This document shows, piece after piece, positions 40,670 through 50,756 of a stretch of 64,000 bases of DNA (within the stretch, counting starts at the first letter, position 1; the number at the start of each line of letters is the position of its first letter). The notes beneath the pieces are model-generated. The model did not search any database and was not told the DNA's origin. It saw only the letters and a list, made by a program, of their open reading frames with translations. A program made the translations under genes and the position numbers. Origin of the DNA: Candidatus Latescibacterota bacterium (lineage in GTDB: Bacteria > Latescibacterota > UBA2968 > SICM01); assembly GCA_965217865.1 (NCBI GenBank), contig CBDCJO010000002.1, positions 2,976,001 through 3,040,000 of the forward strand, given 5' to 3'.

Positions 40670-41548
40670 TCACTTTCCTTTTTTGATTCGGGAAAGCGCG
40701 TTGGTGAGCGCCCGGCGAGTGAACACTTTGGCCAGGTGTTTCCGGTAATCCGCGGAGGCGTGGATGTCCTCCTGAAACTCCTCCACCCCTTCTGTCGCGC
40801 GGTCTGACGCTTCCCGGATCAGGTCTTCGTCGGGTCTCTTTCCCCGAAGGGCATCCTCGACGAGTCGAGCCCTGTAAGGGACCCCGGATATCCCGGTGAT
40901 GCCGACGGCGACGGCGCTGAAGTTCCCATCCCCATCCAGGGTCGTGTGAGCCGCGACCCCTGCGATGGCAAATCCGGATGCGGACTGATGCATCTTGACG
41001 TATGCCCCTCCGGACCGGTTCGGGGGGGTCGGAATCAAGATCCGAGTCAGGATCTCTCCGGGTTGTAAGGCGGTTGTGAGCATGTCGACGAAGAAATCTG
41101 TGGCCGGGATGGTTCGGCTTCCGTTCGGACCCGCGATTTCGAGCTGTGCATCCAGGGCCAGGATAGCGGCCGGCCAGTCGGCCGCAGGATCCGCGTGCAC
41201 AAGGCTGCCTCCGATGGTCCCCCGGTTACGGACCTGCGCATCCCCGATCTCTCCGGCCGTCTCGGGCAGGAGGGGACATTTTGACCTGAGACGGCGGGCG
41301 CTTTCGATCGCATAGTGGGTGGCGAGGGCCCCGATCGTGATCCGATCGTTCCCGGCGGTGACCCGGGTCAAGCCTGAGATCCGCCCCAGGTCGATCACCA
41401 CGGCGGGAGCCGCCAGGCGGAGTTTCATCAGGGGGATCAGGCTGTGCCCCCCCGACATCACCTTGGCATCCTCTCCGTGTTTTCCGAGGAGGGCAAGCGC
41501 CTTGGCGAGCGTCTTTGGTGCATGGTAATCAAATGGACTGGGAATCAT
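40670..41548 (-). CDS. coxM: Molybdenum hydroxylase FAD subunit (CoxM-like)
   Basis: GGHSLIP.MK.R, QVRNRGTIGGS, ADP.AD, DIHAS..YR. Confidence 0.85.
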   Translation of the reverse strand: MIPSPFDYHAPKTLAKALALLGKHGEDAKVMSGGHSLIPLMKLRLAAPAVVIDLGRISGLTRVTAGNDRITIGALATHYAIESARRLRSKCPLLPETAGEIGDAQVRNRGTIGGSLVHADPAADWPAAILALDAQLEIAGPNGSRTIPATDFFVDMLTTALQPGEILTRILIPTPPNRSGGAYVKMHQSASGFAIAGVAAHTTLDGDGNFSAVAVGITGISGVPYRARLVEDALRGKRPDEDLIREASDRATEGVEEFQEDIHASADYRKHLAKVFTRRALTNALSRIKKGK

Positions 41549-41622
41549 GTCTATATCTCCAGGTTGCTGTAAGGATTCGAACTTAATCACCCCGTACCCT
41601 CTCGCACGCGGAAAGGGAAATA

Positions 41623-43953
41623 TCAGTCCTTCTGCATGAGCCTCCAGAGTTTTTCAGGACGCAGGGGCATGTCGATGTGCCGGACCCCAAACGGCTTGAG
41701 GGCGTCCACCACCGCGTTCACGAAGGCGGGCGTTCCGCCGATGGTGCCTGCCTCCCCCACGCCCTTTACCCCCATCGGGTTGACGGGAGAAGGGGTCACG
41801 GTGTTGGCCAGTTCCAACCTAGGAAAGTTGTGGGCTTTAGGCAGGGCGTAATCCATGAGCGATCCGGTGAGCATCTGTCCGTTTTCGTCGTAGACGACCT
41901 CCTCCAACAGGGCCTGCCCCATCGCCTGAACGATCCCGCCGTGGATCTGTCCTTCGACGAGCATGGGATTGATAATCTCTCCGCAATCGTCGACCGCGAC
42001 GTAGCGTTTGATCTCTATTTCACCGGTGTCGCCATCCACTTCCACGACGGCGATGTGGGTGCCGAAGGGATAGGTGAAGTTGGAGGGCTCGAAGAAATGC
42101 GACTCCGCCAGGCCCGGGTCCGTGTCCGGCGGCAGGTTGACGCCCATGTGGGCGGTCAGGGAGATCTCGGCCAGGCTCAGAGCTTTTTCCGGATTTCCCT
42201 GAACCCCATACTTTCCGTCTTCCAGGACGATGTCCTGAGGGTTCGCCTCCAGGAGGTGGGCGGCGATTTTGACGACCTTCTCCTTGACTTTTTCCATCGC
42301 TGCCCAGAGCGCCGCCCCACCGACGGCCGTTGCCCGGCTGCCGAATGTTCCGATCCCGTACTGAACGGAATCGGTGTCGCCGTGAATGACCCGGACATCG
42401 TCGATCTCCACCCCGAGCCCATCGGCTACGAGCTGTGAGAAGGAGGTCTCCTGACCCTGACCATGGGGGGAAACCCCGGATAGAACGGTCACCTTTCCCG
42501 TGGGCTCGACGCGAACCGTGCTGCTCTCCCATCCTCCGGCGGGCATGGCTGCCGACGGACCCATTCCGCAGATCTCCACGTAGGTGGAGAGGCCGATCCC
42601 GAGGTAGCGTCCCTGTCCGCGCAGCTCCTCCTGCTGTTTGCGCAGGCCTTTGTAATCGACGATCTTGAGGGCCTTGTCGAGGGCGGCGGTGTAGTTCCCG
42701 CTGTCGTAAATCACCGACGTGCCGGACGTGTAGGGAAATTCGGATTTTCCGATGAAGTTCTTCCGGCGCAATTCCAAGGGATCCATTCCGAGTTCGTCGG
42801 CCACGATGTCGAGGATCCGCTCGATCAGGTAGGTGGCCTCCGGCCTGCCGGCCCCCCGGTATGCGTCCGTGGCCATCTTGTTCGTGAATGCGGCTTTCAC
42901 GTTCATAGCCACGTTCTGGATCTTATAACAACCGCACAACATCAGGCCGGTCAGCGTGGGAATCGCGGGCGTGAGGAGCTGGTAGTAGGCGCCCACGTCG
43001 ACCAGGGCGTTGTATTTGAGCCCGGTGATCGTCCCGTCGTTCTGGACCGCGACCTCCACATCACCGGACTGGTCCCGGCCGTGGGTCGTGTTGAGGATGT
43101 TCTCCCGCCGACCTTCGATCCACTTGACGGGCCGCTGAAGCTGGATGGAGAGATAGCTGATGAGGCCCTCTTCTGCGTAAACGTTGAGCTTGCTGCCGAA
43201 CCCGCCGCCGACCTCGAGGGCGATCACCCGCACCCGGTTCTCGGCCACGTTGAGCATCAGAGAGAGCTGGGTCCGGAGGAGGTGGGGGATCTGCGTGGAG
43301 GTCCAGAGGGTCAACTGTCCATCGCCGGGGTAGTTCGCGAGGACGCCCCGGGTTTCGATCGAGTTAGGCGCCAACCGCTGGTTGACCACCCGCTGTTTCA
43401 CGACATGGTCCGACCCTTCGAGGGCCTGATCCACGTCCCCGCCGGCCAGGTTCCACGTGAAGGCCAGGTTGTCCTCCCACTGTTCGTAGAGGATCGAAGC
43501 TCCGGGCTTTAGGGCCTCTTCCGCAGATGACACCGCGGGGAGGGGATCGTAATCCACCTCGATCAGGTCGACGGCATCTGCCGCGGTGTAGCGGTCCTGA
43601 GCGACCACGGCCGCGACGGGTTCCCCGACAAACCGGACTTTGTCAAGCGCCAGCACGGGATGGTCCGGAACCTTGATCTCCGGAAAACCGTTGGGATCCG
43701 TGGTGGCGCAAGGGACCCCTCCGATTTTTCCCCTGAGGTCTTCCCCCGTCACGACGGCTTCAACGCCGGGGTGATGCTTCGCGGCTTCGGCGTCGATGCC
43801 TTTGATCCGGGCGTGCGCGTAAGGGCTTCGGAGGATGGCCACGTGGAGCGTCCCGGCCAGTTTGACGTCGTCGACATATTGCGAAAGACCCTGGATCAGT
43901 CGGGGGTCCTCCCTTCGTTTGATTCTGGCTCCCACTGTCTTGCTGATGGGCAT
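41623..43953 (-). CDS. coxL: Molybdenum hydroxylase large subunit (form II CoxL-like)
   Basis: RREDPRL, GGGFGSK, active-site AYRGAGR, GQG.ET, KGVGEAG. Confidence 0.85.
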   Translation of the reverse strand: MPISKTVGARIKRREDPRLIQGLSQYVDDVKLAGTLHVAILRSPYAHARIKGIDAEAAKHHPGVEAVVTGEDLRGKIGGVPCATTDPNGFPEIKVPDHPVLALDKVRFVGEPVAAVVAQDRYTAADAVDLIEVDYDPLPAVSSAEEALKPGASILYEQWEDNLAFTWNLAGGDVDQALEGSDHVVKQRVVNQRLAPNSIETRGVLANYPGDGQLTLWTSTQIPHLLRTQLSLMLNVAENRVRVIALEVGGGFGSKLNVYAEEGLISYLSIQLQRPVKWIEGRRENILNTTHGRDQSGDVEVAVQNDGTITGLKYNALVDVGAYYQLLTPAIPTLTGLMLCGCYKIQNVAMNVKAAFTNKMATDAYRGAGRPEATYLIERILDIVADELGMDPLELRRKNFIGKSEFPYTSGTSVIYDSGNYTAALDKALKIVDYKGLRKQQEELRGQGRYLGIGLSTYVEICGMGPSAAMPAGGWESSTVRVEPTGKVTVLSGVSPHGQGQETSFSQLVADGLGVEIDDVRVIHGDTDSVQYGIGTFGSRATAVGGAALWAAMEKVKEKVVKIAAHLLEANPQDIVLEDGKYGVQGNPEKALSLAEISLTAHMGVNLPPDTDPGLAESHFFEPSNFTYPFGTHIAVVEVDGDTGEIEIKRYVAVDDCGEIINPMLVEGQIHGGIVQAMGQALLEEVVYDENGQMLTGSLMDYALPKAHNFPRLELANTVTPSPVNPMGVKGVGEAGTIGGTPAFVNAVVDALKPFGVRHIDMPLRPEKLWRLMQKD

Positions 43954-43965
43954 GGCGCACCTCCT

Positions 43966-44430
43966 TTAAGCTCTCAATTTTTTCGCGGCATATTGAACGG
44001 CATCGACGATGTGCTGGTAGCCCGTGCAACGGCAGAGGTTCCCCTCTATTCCGTGGCGAATCTCATCTTCCGAAGGTTCCGGTTTTCGCTGCAGGAGCTG
44101 GTGGACGGCCATGATCATGCCCGGGGTGCAAAATCCGCACTGGAGGCCGTGGTGCTCCCAGAAGCCTTCCTGGACGGGGTGGAGTTGTCCATCCTGCGCA
44201 AGTCCCTCGATGGTCGTGATCTCTGAGCCATCGGCCTGCACGGCCAGGAGTGTGCAGGATTTGACCGCGGCCTTGTCGAGCATCACGGTGCAGGCGCCGC
44301 AGATGCTCGTTTCGCAGCCCACGTGCGTACCGGTCAAGCCCACGACGTCCCGGAGATAGTGGACGAGCAAAAGCCGGGGTTCCACGTCGTGGGTATGCTG
44401 TTTACCATTGATCGTGAGCGAAATCTTCAA
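43966..44430 (-). CDS. coxS: Molybdenum hydroxylase 2Fe-2S subunit (CoxS-like)
   Basis: [25 protein letters not shown]. Confidence 0.9.
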   Translation of the reverse strand: MKISLTINGKQHTHDVEPRLLLVHYLRDVVGLTGTHVGCETSICGACTVMLDKAAVKSCTLLAVQADGSEITTIEGLAQDGQLHPVQEGFWEHHGLQCGFCTPGMIMAVHQLLQRKPEPSEDEIRHGIEGNLCRCTGYQHIVDAVQYAAKKLRA

Positions 44431-44517
44431 GGGTTTGGCCTCCTTTCAGAAGAACCTTCCGGGATATGGCAACCATCACTTTTACGAGATCGAATCAAAA
44501 AAAACGGGGAGTTATCC

Positions 44518-45552
44518 TCAGAATAGTCCCCCCTGTGCTCCGTCTCCCAAGGGTTTTATCCGGTCGAGGTGCTTATAGGCCAGAGCGGTGGCCTCCCGGC
44601 CCCGGGGGGTCCTCTTGAGGTAGCCTTCCTGAATCAGGTAGGGCTCGTAAACCTCCTCGATGGTGTCTTCCTCCTCGCTGATGACCGCGGAAAGGTTGCC
44701 AAGGCCGACCGGCCCCCCATCGAACTTGTCGATCAGGGCAAGCAGGAGCCGTCGGTCCATTTCGTCGAGGCCCTTTTCGTCGATATCTAGCATGCGGAGC
44801 GCAGCGTCGGCGACTTCCCGAGTAATCACACCGTCAGCCCGGATCTGTGCATAGTCCCGGGCCCGGCAGAGCAACCGGTTGGCGATCCGGGGGGTGCCGC
44901 GGGACCGTCTGGCGATTTCCAGCGCGCCCGACGCTTCGAGCGGAACTTCCAGGATCCGGGCGGACCGGTTCACGATGACCTTGAGCTCCTCAGGGGAATA
45001 GAAGTCGAGCCGCTCGATGATCCCGAACCGGGACCGCAGCGGGGCCGTGATCAACCCCAGACGTGTGGTGGCGCCGACGAGGGTGAATCGTTCAAGGGAC
45101 AGCCGGTAGGAACGCGCGTTCGGTCCGCTGTCGACCATGATATCGAGGTTGAAGTCCTCGATCGCCGGGTAGAGGTGTTCCTCGACCACCCGGTTCATCC
45201 GGTGGATCTCGTCGATGAAGAGGACTTCGCGGGCGTTCAGGTTCGTGAGGTTGCCGGCCAGGTCGGCCGCCCGCTCCAGCACCGGTCCGGATGTCGGCCG
45301 GATGTCCACGCCCAACTCCCTCGCGATGACGCTGGCCAGGGTGGTCTTCCCCAGGCCAGGGGGACCGTAGAGCAGGACGTGGTCCAGGGCTTCTTCGCGC
45401 TTCAGGGCCGCCTCGATGGCGATGGAGAGCTTCTCCTTCACCTTCTCCTGCCCGGTCATGTCCTTTAAAAGGGCGGGGCGAAGACTCCGGTCGTATTCGA
45501 GGTCCTCTTCTCGAATCTCAGGTGCGGTGATTCGCTCTATCACGATGCTCAA
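44518..45552 (-). CDS. ruvB: Holliday junction helicase RuvB
   Basis: [34 protein letters not shown]. Confidence 0.98.
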   Translation of the reverse strand: MSIVIERITAPEIREEDLEYDRSLRPALLKDMTGQEKVKEKLSIAIEAALKREEALDHVLLYGPPGLGKTTLASVIARELGVDIRPTSGPVLERAADLAGNLTNLNAREVLFIDEIHRMNRVVEEHLYPAIEDFNLDIMVDSGPNARSYRLSLERFTLVGATTRLGLITAPLRSRFGIIERLDFYSPEELKVIVNRSARILEVPLEASGALEIARRSRGTPRIANRLLCRARDYAQIRADGVITREVADAALRMLDIDEKGLDEMDRRLLLALIDKFDGGPVGLGNLSAVISEEEDTIEEVYEPYLIQEGYLKRTPRGREATALAYKHLDRIKPLGDGAQGGLF

Positions 45553-46136
45553 ACCTTTTGAAGCGCCTGTTTGATGATCTGCTCCAACGACAGGTCCCCA
45601 TCCTGATTTAGGACAGCATCAACGGCCCTTTCGGCAGAGGCCCTGGTCGCCCCCAAGGCGGACAGGGCAAGGACCGCCTCATGTACCACCCCGGAGGGTT
45701 TGAGGCCGGGCGGTTGGGCCTCGACACCTCCGACCTCTCCGATGCGATCGCGAAGTTCCAGGACCAGCCTCTCCGCTGTCTTCTTACCGATGCCCGGGAT
45801 GGCGCTCAGGCCCTTTCCGTCTTCGGACACCACGCAGTGCTTGAAATCCTGGACCGACAAACCCGACAGGATCTTTTGAGCCAGCTGGGGACCCACACCG
45901 CTCACGGAGATGAGCAGCTCGAACAGACTCCGTTCCCCCTCGGTCATAAATCCGAAGAGCTGGAGGGAATCCTCCCGGACGATGAGGTGGGTGAGGATTT
46001 TAATCGGTTCTCCAACCCCCCCCACGTGTTCGAAGGTGGAGAGGGGGATCTGAACCCGGAATCCGACACCTCCGACATCCACGACCAGGTGGGTGGGTTT
46101 TTTTTCCGTGAGGCGGCCTGACAGGTATGAGATCAT
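45549..46136 (-). CDS. ruvA: Holliday junction protein RuvA
   Basis: DVGGVG, VREDS..LFGF, HhH VSGVGP and [11 protein letters not shown]. Confidence 0.97.
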   Translation of the reverse strand: MISYLSGRLTEKKPTHLVVDVGGVGFRVQIPLSTFEHVGGVGEPIKILTHLIVREDSLQLFGFMTEGERSLFELLISVSGVGPQLAQKILSGLSVQDFKHCVVSEDGKGLSAIPGIGKKTAERLVLELRDRIGEVGGVEAQPPGLKPSGVVHEAVLALSALGATRASAERAVDAVLNQDGDLSLEQIIKQALQKV

Positions 46137-46206
46137 GACGGAGAAGATGCTTGTTCAAATCGGGGATCAGTCGCCGGGGATCACACCCTGGATGGGAATT
46201 TCACTT

Positions 46207-46791
46207 CTAGCGTTTCGGCTTCGGGGACGGGTTGGTCGATCCGCGCCGCTTCCCGTCAAGGGCGACCACCTTTCGGAGTTTTTCCTGGAGACTGTCCTTC
46301 CAGTCTGGAGATCGATCGTTGTTCCGGTCGCGATGGGAATGACAGATGGCGAGGGCAATGGCATCAGAAGTGTCGTGTCCCTTGTTGATTTCCGGGTGAC
46401 CGAGGATCTGTTCGACCATGAACCGGACCTGCGATTTCGAGGCCGAACCCCGACCCACGAGGGCTCGCTTGACCTCTGTGGGGGCGTATTCAAAAAGGGG
46501 AAGGTTGCTGTTGACGACGGCGAGGAGGATGACACCCCTGGCGTGACACAGTTTCATCGTGGTTTTTACGTTTTCACCGTGATAGACGCTTTCGAGGGCG
46601 ACCTCGTCAGGGGTTGTTTCGGAGATGAGTCTCAGGAGCTCATCGTAGATTCTGAGGAGTCTTTTCTCGAAGGGTAGTTTGGGGTCGGGCCGGATCGCTC
46701 CCGATTCTAAAAGACGGAATTTTTTCTCTCGGGACTCCAGGAGGCCATAGCCTGTCACGACGCTGCCGGGGTCGATTCCAAGAATCAGCAT
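46207..46791 (-). CDS. ruvC: Crossover junction endodeoxyribonuclease RuvC
   Basis: ILGIDPG, EY.P..VK, D..DA.A.A.CH. Confidence 0.96.
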   Translation of the reverse strand: MLILGIDPGSVVTGYGLLESREKKFRLLESGAIRPDPKLPFEKRLLRIYDELLRLISETTPDEVALESVYHGENVKTTMKLCHARGVILLAVVNSNLPLFEYAPTEVKRALVGRGSASKSQVRFMVEQILGHPEINKGHDTSDAIALAICHSHRDRNNDRSPDWKDSLQEKLRKVVALDGKRRGSTNPSPKPKR

Positions 46792-46803
46792 AAGGGTCCG
46801 TCG

Positions 46804-47553
46804 TCATGCCGTCAAGGCCGCGAGTTCCTGCGTGTCGATATCGAAGTTCGAGTAGATCTTCTGGATGTCATCGTGATCTTCGAGGGCGCTCATGAGATTC
46901 ACGACCACCGCGGCGGTCTTCCCCTCCACCTTCACGGTGTTCTGGGGTTTTCGGATCAGATCGGGGTTTTTGAAAGGGATTTGGGCATCCTGCAGGGCCT
47001 GCTTCATCCGCTCGAAGTCCTGAGGCTCCGCGGTGATTCCCCACACGTCCTCTTCGTCGGCGATATCCTCGGCCCCGGCCTCGAGCGCGGCCATCATCAG
47101 GTCGTCTTCGGAGATCTCATCTTTATCGACGGACAGGTAGCCCTTCTGGCTGAACATCCAGGACACCGAGCCGTTCTCTCCCAGGTTCCCGTTGTACTTG
47201 GAGAAGAGGTGGCGAATTTCGGACACCATCCGATTTTTGTTGTCGGTCAGGGTCTCGATTATGATCGCCACACCACCACCGCCGTAGCCTTCGTAGACGG
47301 CCGATTCGTAGGACGCCCCGGGAAGCTCACCGGTTCCCTTCTTGATGGCGCGATCGATGTTCGTCGTGGGCATGTTTTCCGCTTTTGCCGCCAGGATCGC
47401 AGTCCTCAACCGGGGATTGCTGGCTTCGTCGCCTCCTCCGTCCCGGGCGGAGACGGTGATTTCCCGGATCAGCTTGGTGAAGGTCTTACCCCGGGCGGCG
47501 TCATTCTTCCCTTTTTTGCGCTTTATGGTCGCCCATTTGGAGTGTCCGGACAT
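46804..47553 (-). CDS. yebC: YebC/PmpR family protein
   Basis: MSGHSKW, YEGYG, TDNKNR. Confidence 0.96.
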   Translation of the reverse strand: MSGHSKWATIKRKKGKNDAARGKTFTKLIREITVSARDGGGDEASNPRLRTAILAAKAENMPTTNIDRAIKKGTGELPGASYESAVYEGYGGGGVAIIIETLTDNKNRMVSEIRHLFSKYNGNLGENGSVSWMFSQKGYLSVDKDEISEDDLMMAALEAGAEDIADEEDVWGITAEPQDFERMKQALQDAQIPFKNPDLIRKPQNTVKVEGKTAAVVVNLMSALEDHDDIQKIYSNFDIDTQELAALTA

Positions 47554-48008
47554 GGCTCTTACCTCGAGCAAAAGGGTCATTTTTCGGGTCTTATCGGACC
47601 TTTGAATGTATCATAAAACCAAACGACTGGCAATAGAAAATTCGCTTCCGAAACAAAGATAAGGGCGCATATGCGATTCTCATCCCAGAAAAAGTCCGTG
47701 TGCGTGCTAAGCCGCTCAGGACAGTTGTGTTAAGCAGTATGGAAGCTTCTGCGTAATAACCGTGAGGAAGGCAATTTCCAGGACATGGACTTGACCGAAC
47801 AGGATATATTTTATAATTATAAGACAGATCTAATGGATTTTTTGAATGGTAATGATATTTCCGATTGACCGGTCAACCAATCGCTAAATCTTTTTTAGAC
47901 GCACACAAAACGTTGGCAGAAGAACCGGAGAATCAAATCTTCCGAAAGTCTTTCTGCCCATCGGTCTTAAGTATAGGCGGACGGGCGTAAAAGCCTGCTT
48001 GATTTGTT

Positions 48009-48888
48009 TTGTGTATTAGGCTAAACCGAAGAAGGCTGATGAGAGCCCGAACTAGCAGAAAGAAGGCAAACCTCCCAATTTCGGTACCCCTTATTTCCAA
48101 AGCCTTCCTTTTTACGACCTGGGGTATGGATCGGCTCCCCGGTATTCTTGGAAGGAAGCTTTCCTCCATCTTTGGAACGCTTGTGCTCATTATGTCCACA
48201 CCAAGAGAGATGGAGGAAATGGTGAAGGGATATTACGCACGACCCCGTTCTATCGAAAGGTGGGGAGATAGATTGGTTGGAACAGGGGGGAAACTATATC
48301 GGGAAGAGTCCGCCTTTGTTGCCAAATATCTAAAAGGGAAAAAGACTTGCCTTGTGTTGCAATCCGGTGGAGGACGTGAGTCGCTTGCCCTGGCGCGGCT
48401 GGGATTCGAGGTTACAGGTATCGATTGCTGCGAAGCCCTCGTCGAAAGAGCGAAGGATCACGCAAAAGCCCTATCTCTATCCTGCCGATTCGAGATCGGA
48501 GAAATGTCCGAGGGGACTCCCGCGAAGAGAAAATTCGACGCACTCTTCCTCACCCAGTACATGTATAGTGCCATTCCGACCAGGGAAAGACGTATCACTT
48601 TTTTGGAAAAGGCAAGGACCTTCCTTGCAGAGGATGGATTTTTCTACCTTGAGTTTTATTCAGATGAGGTTTTGGAGGGAAATGATTGGCGGTTCCGAAT
48701 CAAGCGGGTCCTTGCCAGGTTGTGGGGGAGAAATCAGGAATTGGAGACCGGAGATTCATATGAAGTTGATCATTTCTGGCATGATTTCAATTGTGAATCG
48801 GAGATTTTGCCAGAATTTGAGGAGGCCGAATTTGGCCGTTGTGGATTTAAATTTAGACCTTGAATTCGCCGTTCTTACCCTTCGGTAA
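48009..48888 (+). CDS. Class I SAM-dependent methyltransferase with probable 3' frameshift
   Basis: VLQSGGGRES..G.EVTGID; an extra G near 48834 moves the paralog-like tail AVVDLNLDLEFAVLTLR into another frame; start uncertain. Confidence 0.7.
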
Positions 48889-48927
48889 TTACCGTAATTC
48901 TTCGACTGCAGTCCGTCTGTGGATGGG

Positions 48928-49053
48928 AGAGGGAACGGATCTGGTTATCGGGGCGTGCCAGATCCGAAGATAACCCTTTTCGCGAAAGGTATCGAGCTCC
49001 CGGTCGGTCAGGAATGGGGGATGGAGATCAGGCATGGGTTAAAGGTGGTGGAA
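48928..49053 (-). repeat. Degenerate duplicate of the 5' end of the adjacent PhyH gene
   Basis: Shares GATAACCCTTTTCGCGAAAGGTATC..GTCGGTCAGGAATGGGGGATGGAGATCAGGCAT with 50024-50152. Confidence 0.85.
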
Positions 49054-49114
49054 TGTTAGACGAGGAAAATCTGTTTCAGAATGATCTTGACGAACAAACT
49101 AGGATTTGATCGGG

Positions 49115-49300
49115 GGTCACACCTAACCCCCTGCGCCCCCTTCCCGAAACGGGAAGGGGGAAATGGTTTAAATTTAGCAAATGTCATTTCACATGATTTC
49201 GCCTCTCCTTTCAGGCACCTAAAGGGAAAGGGGTTCCGTCGAAAAACGAGATCGAGGTCCGGCGAAAACAGAGATTCTTCGCTAGCGCTCAGAATGACAT
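49115..49300. repeat. REP-like hairpins
   Basis: CCCCCTTCCCG-aaa-CGGGAAGGGGG and GAGATTCTTCGCTAGCGCTCAGAATGACA. Confidence 0.6.
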
Positions 49301-49327
49301 AAACGATTCGACCATATGAGAAAGGGA

Positions 49328-50134
49328 TCAGTAAATCGGGGTGTCAGCCGTCCCTTGGACCGGCACATACTCCGGGAAGACGATCGGGAAGGTCATCCCC
49401 GAAGAAATATTCCGCGTAGCCGCATCGATATAGCAGACGCTGAAAGCACGACGAGGACGGTTCGTGGTATTGACTTCGGAACGATGCAGGGTCAGGTTGT
49501 CCAGGAGCACGACCTCCCCGCTTTCCAGCTCCAGGTAGAGCCGCTTCTCATCCGGGGCGTGAAGAGGGATCTCCTCGGGCGATAAATGGTCCCCATGTTC
49601 CGGGATGATGCTTTTGTGCGAGCGGGGGATGATCTGCAGGCACCCGTTTGCGACGCACGTCGGATCCAGCGCGGTCCAGACCGTGACCTTCGGCCGGATG
49701 TCCAAACCCCAACCGCTCGCGCCATCCTGGTGCCAGTTTATGGTGACGCCCTGTTCCGCGGGTTTGTTGAAGAACATCGACCGAAAGACGGAGACCCGGT
49801 CGTGGATAAGCTTCCGGGTGATATCCCGGAAAAGGGGATGCTGCATGTAGTCCCGAAAAAGGGGGTCCTGGTCAAGATCCTGGATCTTCCGGTACTTCAA
49901 CGAGGACCCCTTGAACGAACGGGTCTTTTGGGAGAGCTCCGGGTGTCCGGCCGAAGGGCAGAGCTGCATCAGCATGTGGTCGTAGCGGATGTTCCCGAGC
50001 ATGATATCATCGATGCGTTGACAGAGGGAACGGATCCGGTCATCGGGAACGACGCGCCCGAGCCGGAGATAACCCTTTTCGCGAAAGGTATCCAGCTCCC
50101 CGTCGGTCAGGAATGGGGGATGGAGATCAGGCAT
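49328..50134 (-). CDS. Phytanoyl-CoA dioxygenase (PhyH) family protein
   Basis: FREKGYL, WHQD, WTALD....NGCL.IIP.SH, LHRS..N....RRA. Confidence 0.9.
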   Translation of the reverse strand: MPDLHPPFLTDGELDTFREKGYLRLGRVVPDDRIRSLCQRIDDIMLGNIRYDHMLMQLCPSAGHPELSQKTRSFKGSSLKYRKIQDLDQDPLFRDYMQHPLFRDITRKLIHDRVSVFRSMFFNKPAEQGVTINWHQDGASGWGLDIRPKVTVWTALDPTCVANGCLQIIPRSHKSIIPEHGDHLSPEEIPLHAPDEKRLYLELESGEVVLLDNLTLHRSEVNTTNRPRRAFSVCYIDAATRNISSGMTFPIVFPEYVPVQGTADTPIY

Positions 50135-50144
50135 AGGTTAGAGG

Positions 50145-50712
50145 CGGTGAAAAGTGAGAGGTGAGACGGGAAACCAGAATTATAGAATACAGAATACAGA
50201 AGTTAGGAGAAATCAAGTCGTTTAAATTGAATATTGATGATCGAAAGACCGTCAAACGTGAGACGTGAAACGTGAAACGGAAAAGCGGGCCAACGGCCCG
50301 TGATTCCTTGGCCCAGTCCAACGGGCTGGGTTTTGAATGTGGCCGAATCGAGCGGGCTAACGGTCCGCGATCCGGATCAATCCCACACATACCGTCCATC
50401 GAAGGACATGGATTGGTGCATTGCGATGTGAAATTATCGCGGCCCTTCAGGCCGCACGACGCTATTGCTTCTCATGACCCAGGGCAGCTCGCCTGGGTTG
50501 AGGGACAACGCGCCGTTGGCGCTGAAAGAAAGCCATGACTTTAGGCTCGGTTTCTCGATTAGCTCAAAGGCTCGGGTGTCAATCGCGAAGAGTCCGCCAC
50601 AGGCGGACCCCCCAGCCCATAACCACCGGGCCCCCCTTCGACTCCACTTCGTTCCGCTCAGGGCCGGGGCTTCGACTCCGTTCCGCAAAAACCGCGGAAC
50701 TCCGCTCAGGGT
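50145..50712. repeat. Cluster of heptamer arrays and REP/REPIN-like palindromes
   Basis: (CAGAATA)n, (CGTGARA)n, GGGCCAACGGCCC..CCCAGTCCAACGGGCTGGG, CCCAGGGCAGCTCGCCTGGG..GCGCCGTTGGCGC, CCCTTCGACTCC..CCGCTCAGGG. Confidence 0.65.
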
Positions 50713-50756
50713 GTTTCCATGATGGTTTATGATATGATGATTTTTATTCGATATCG

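Noticed and set aside
41623-43953. Form I aerobic CO dehydrogenase
   Set aside because: The active-site motif is AYRGAGR, not AYXCSFR, and gene order is S-L-M.
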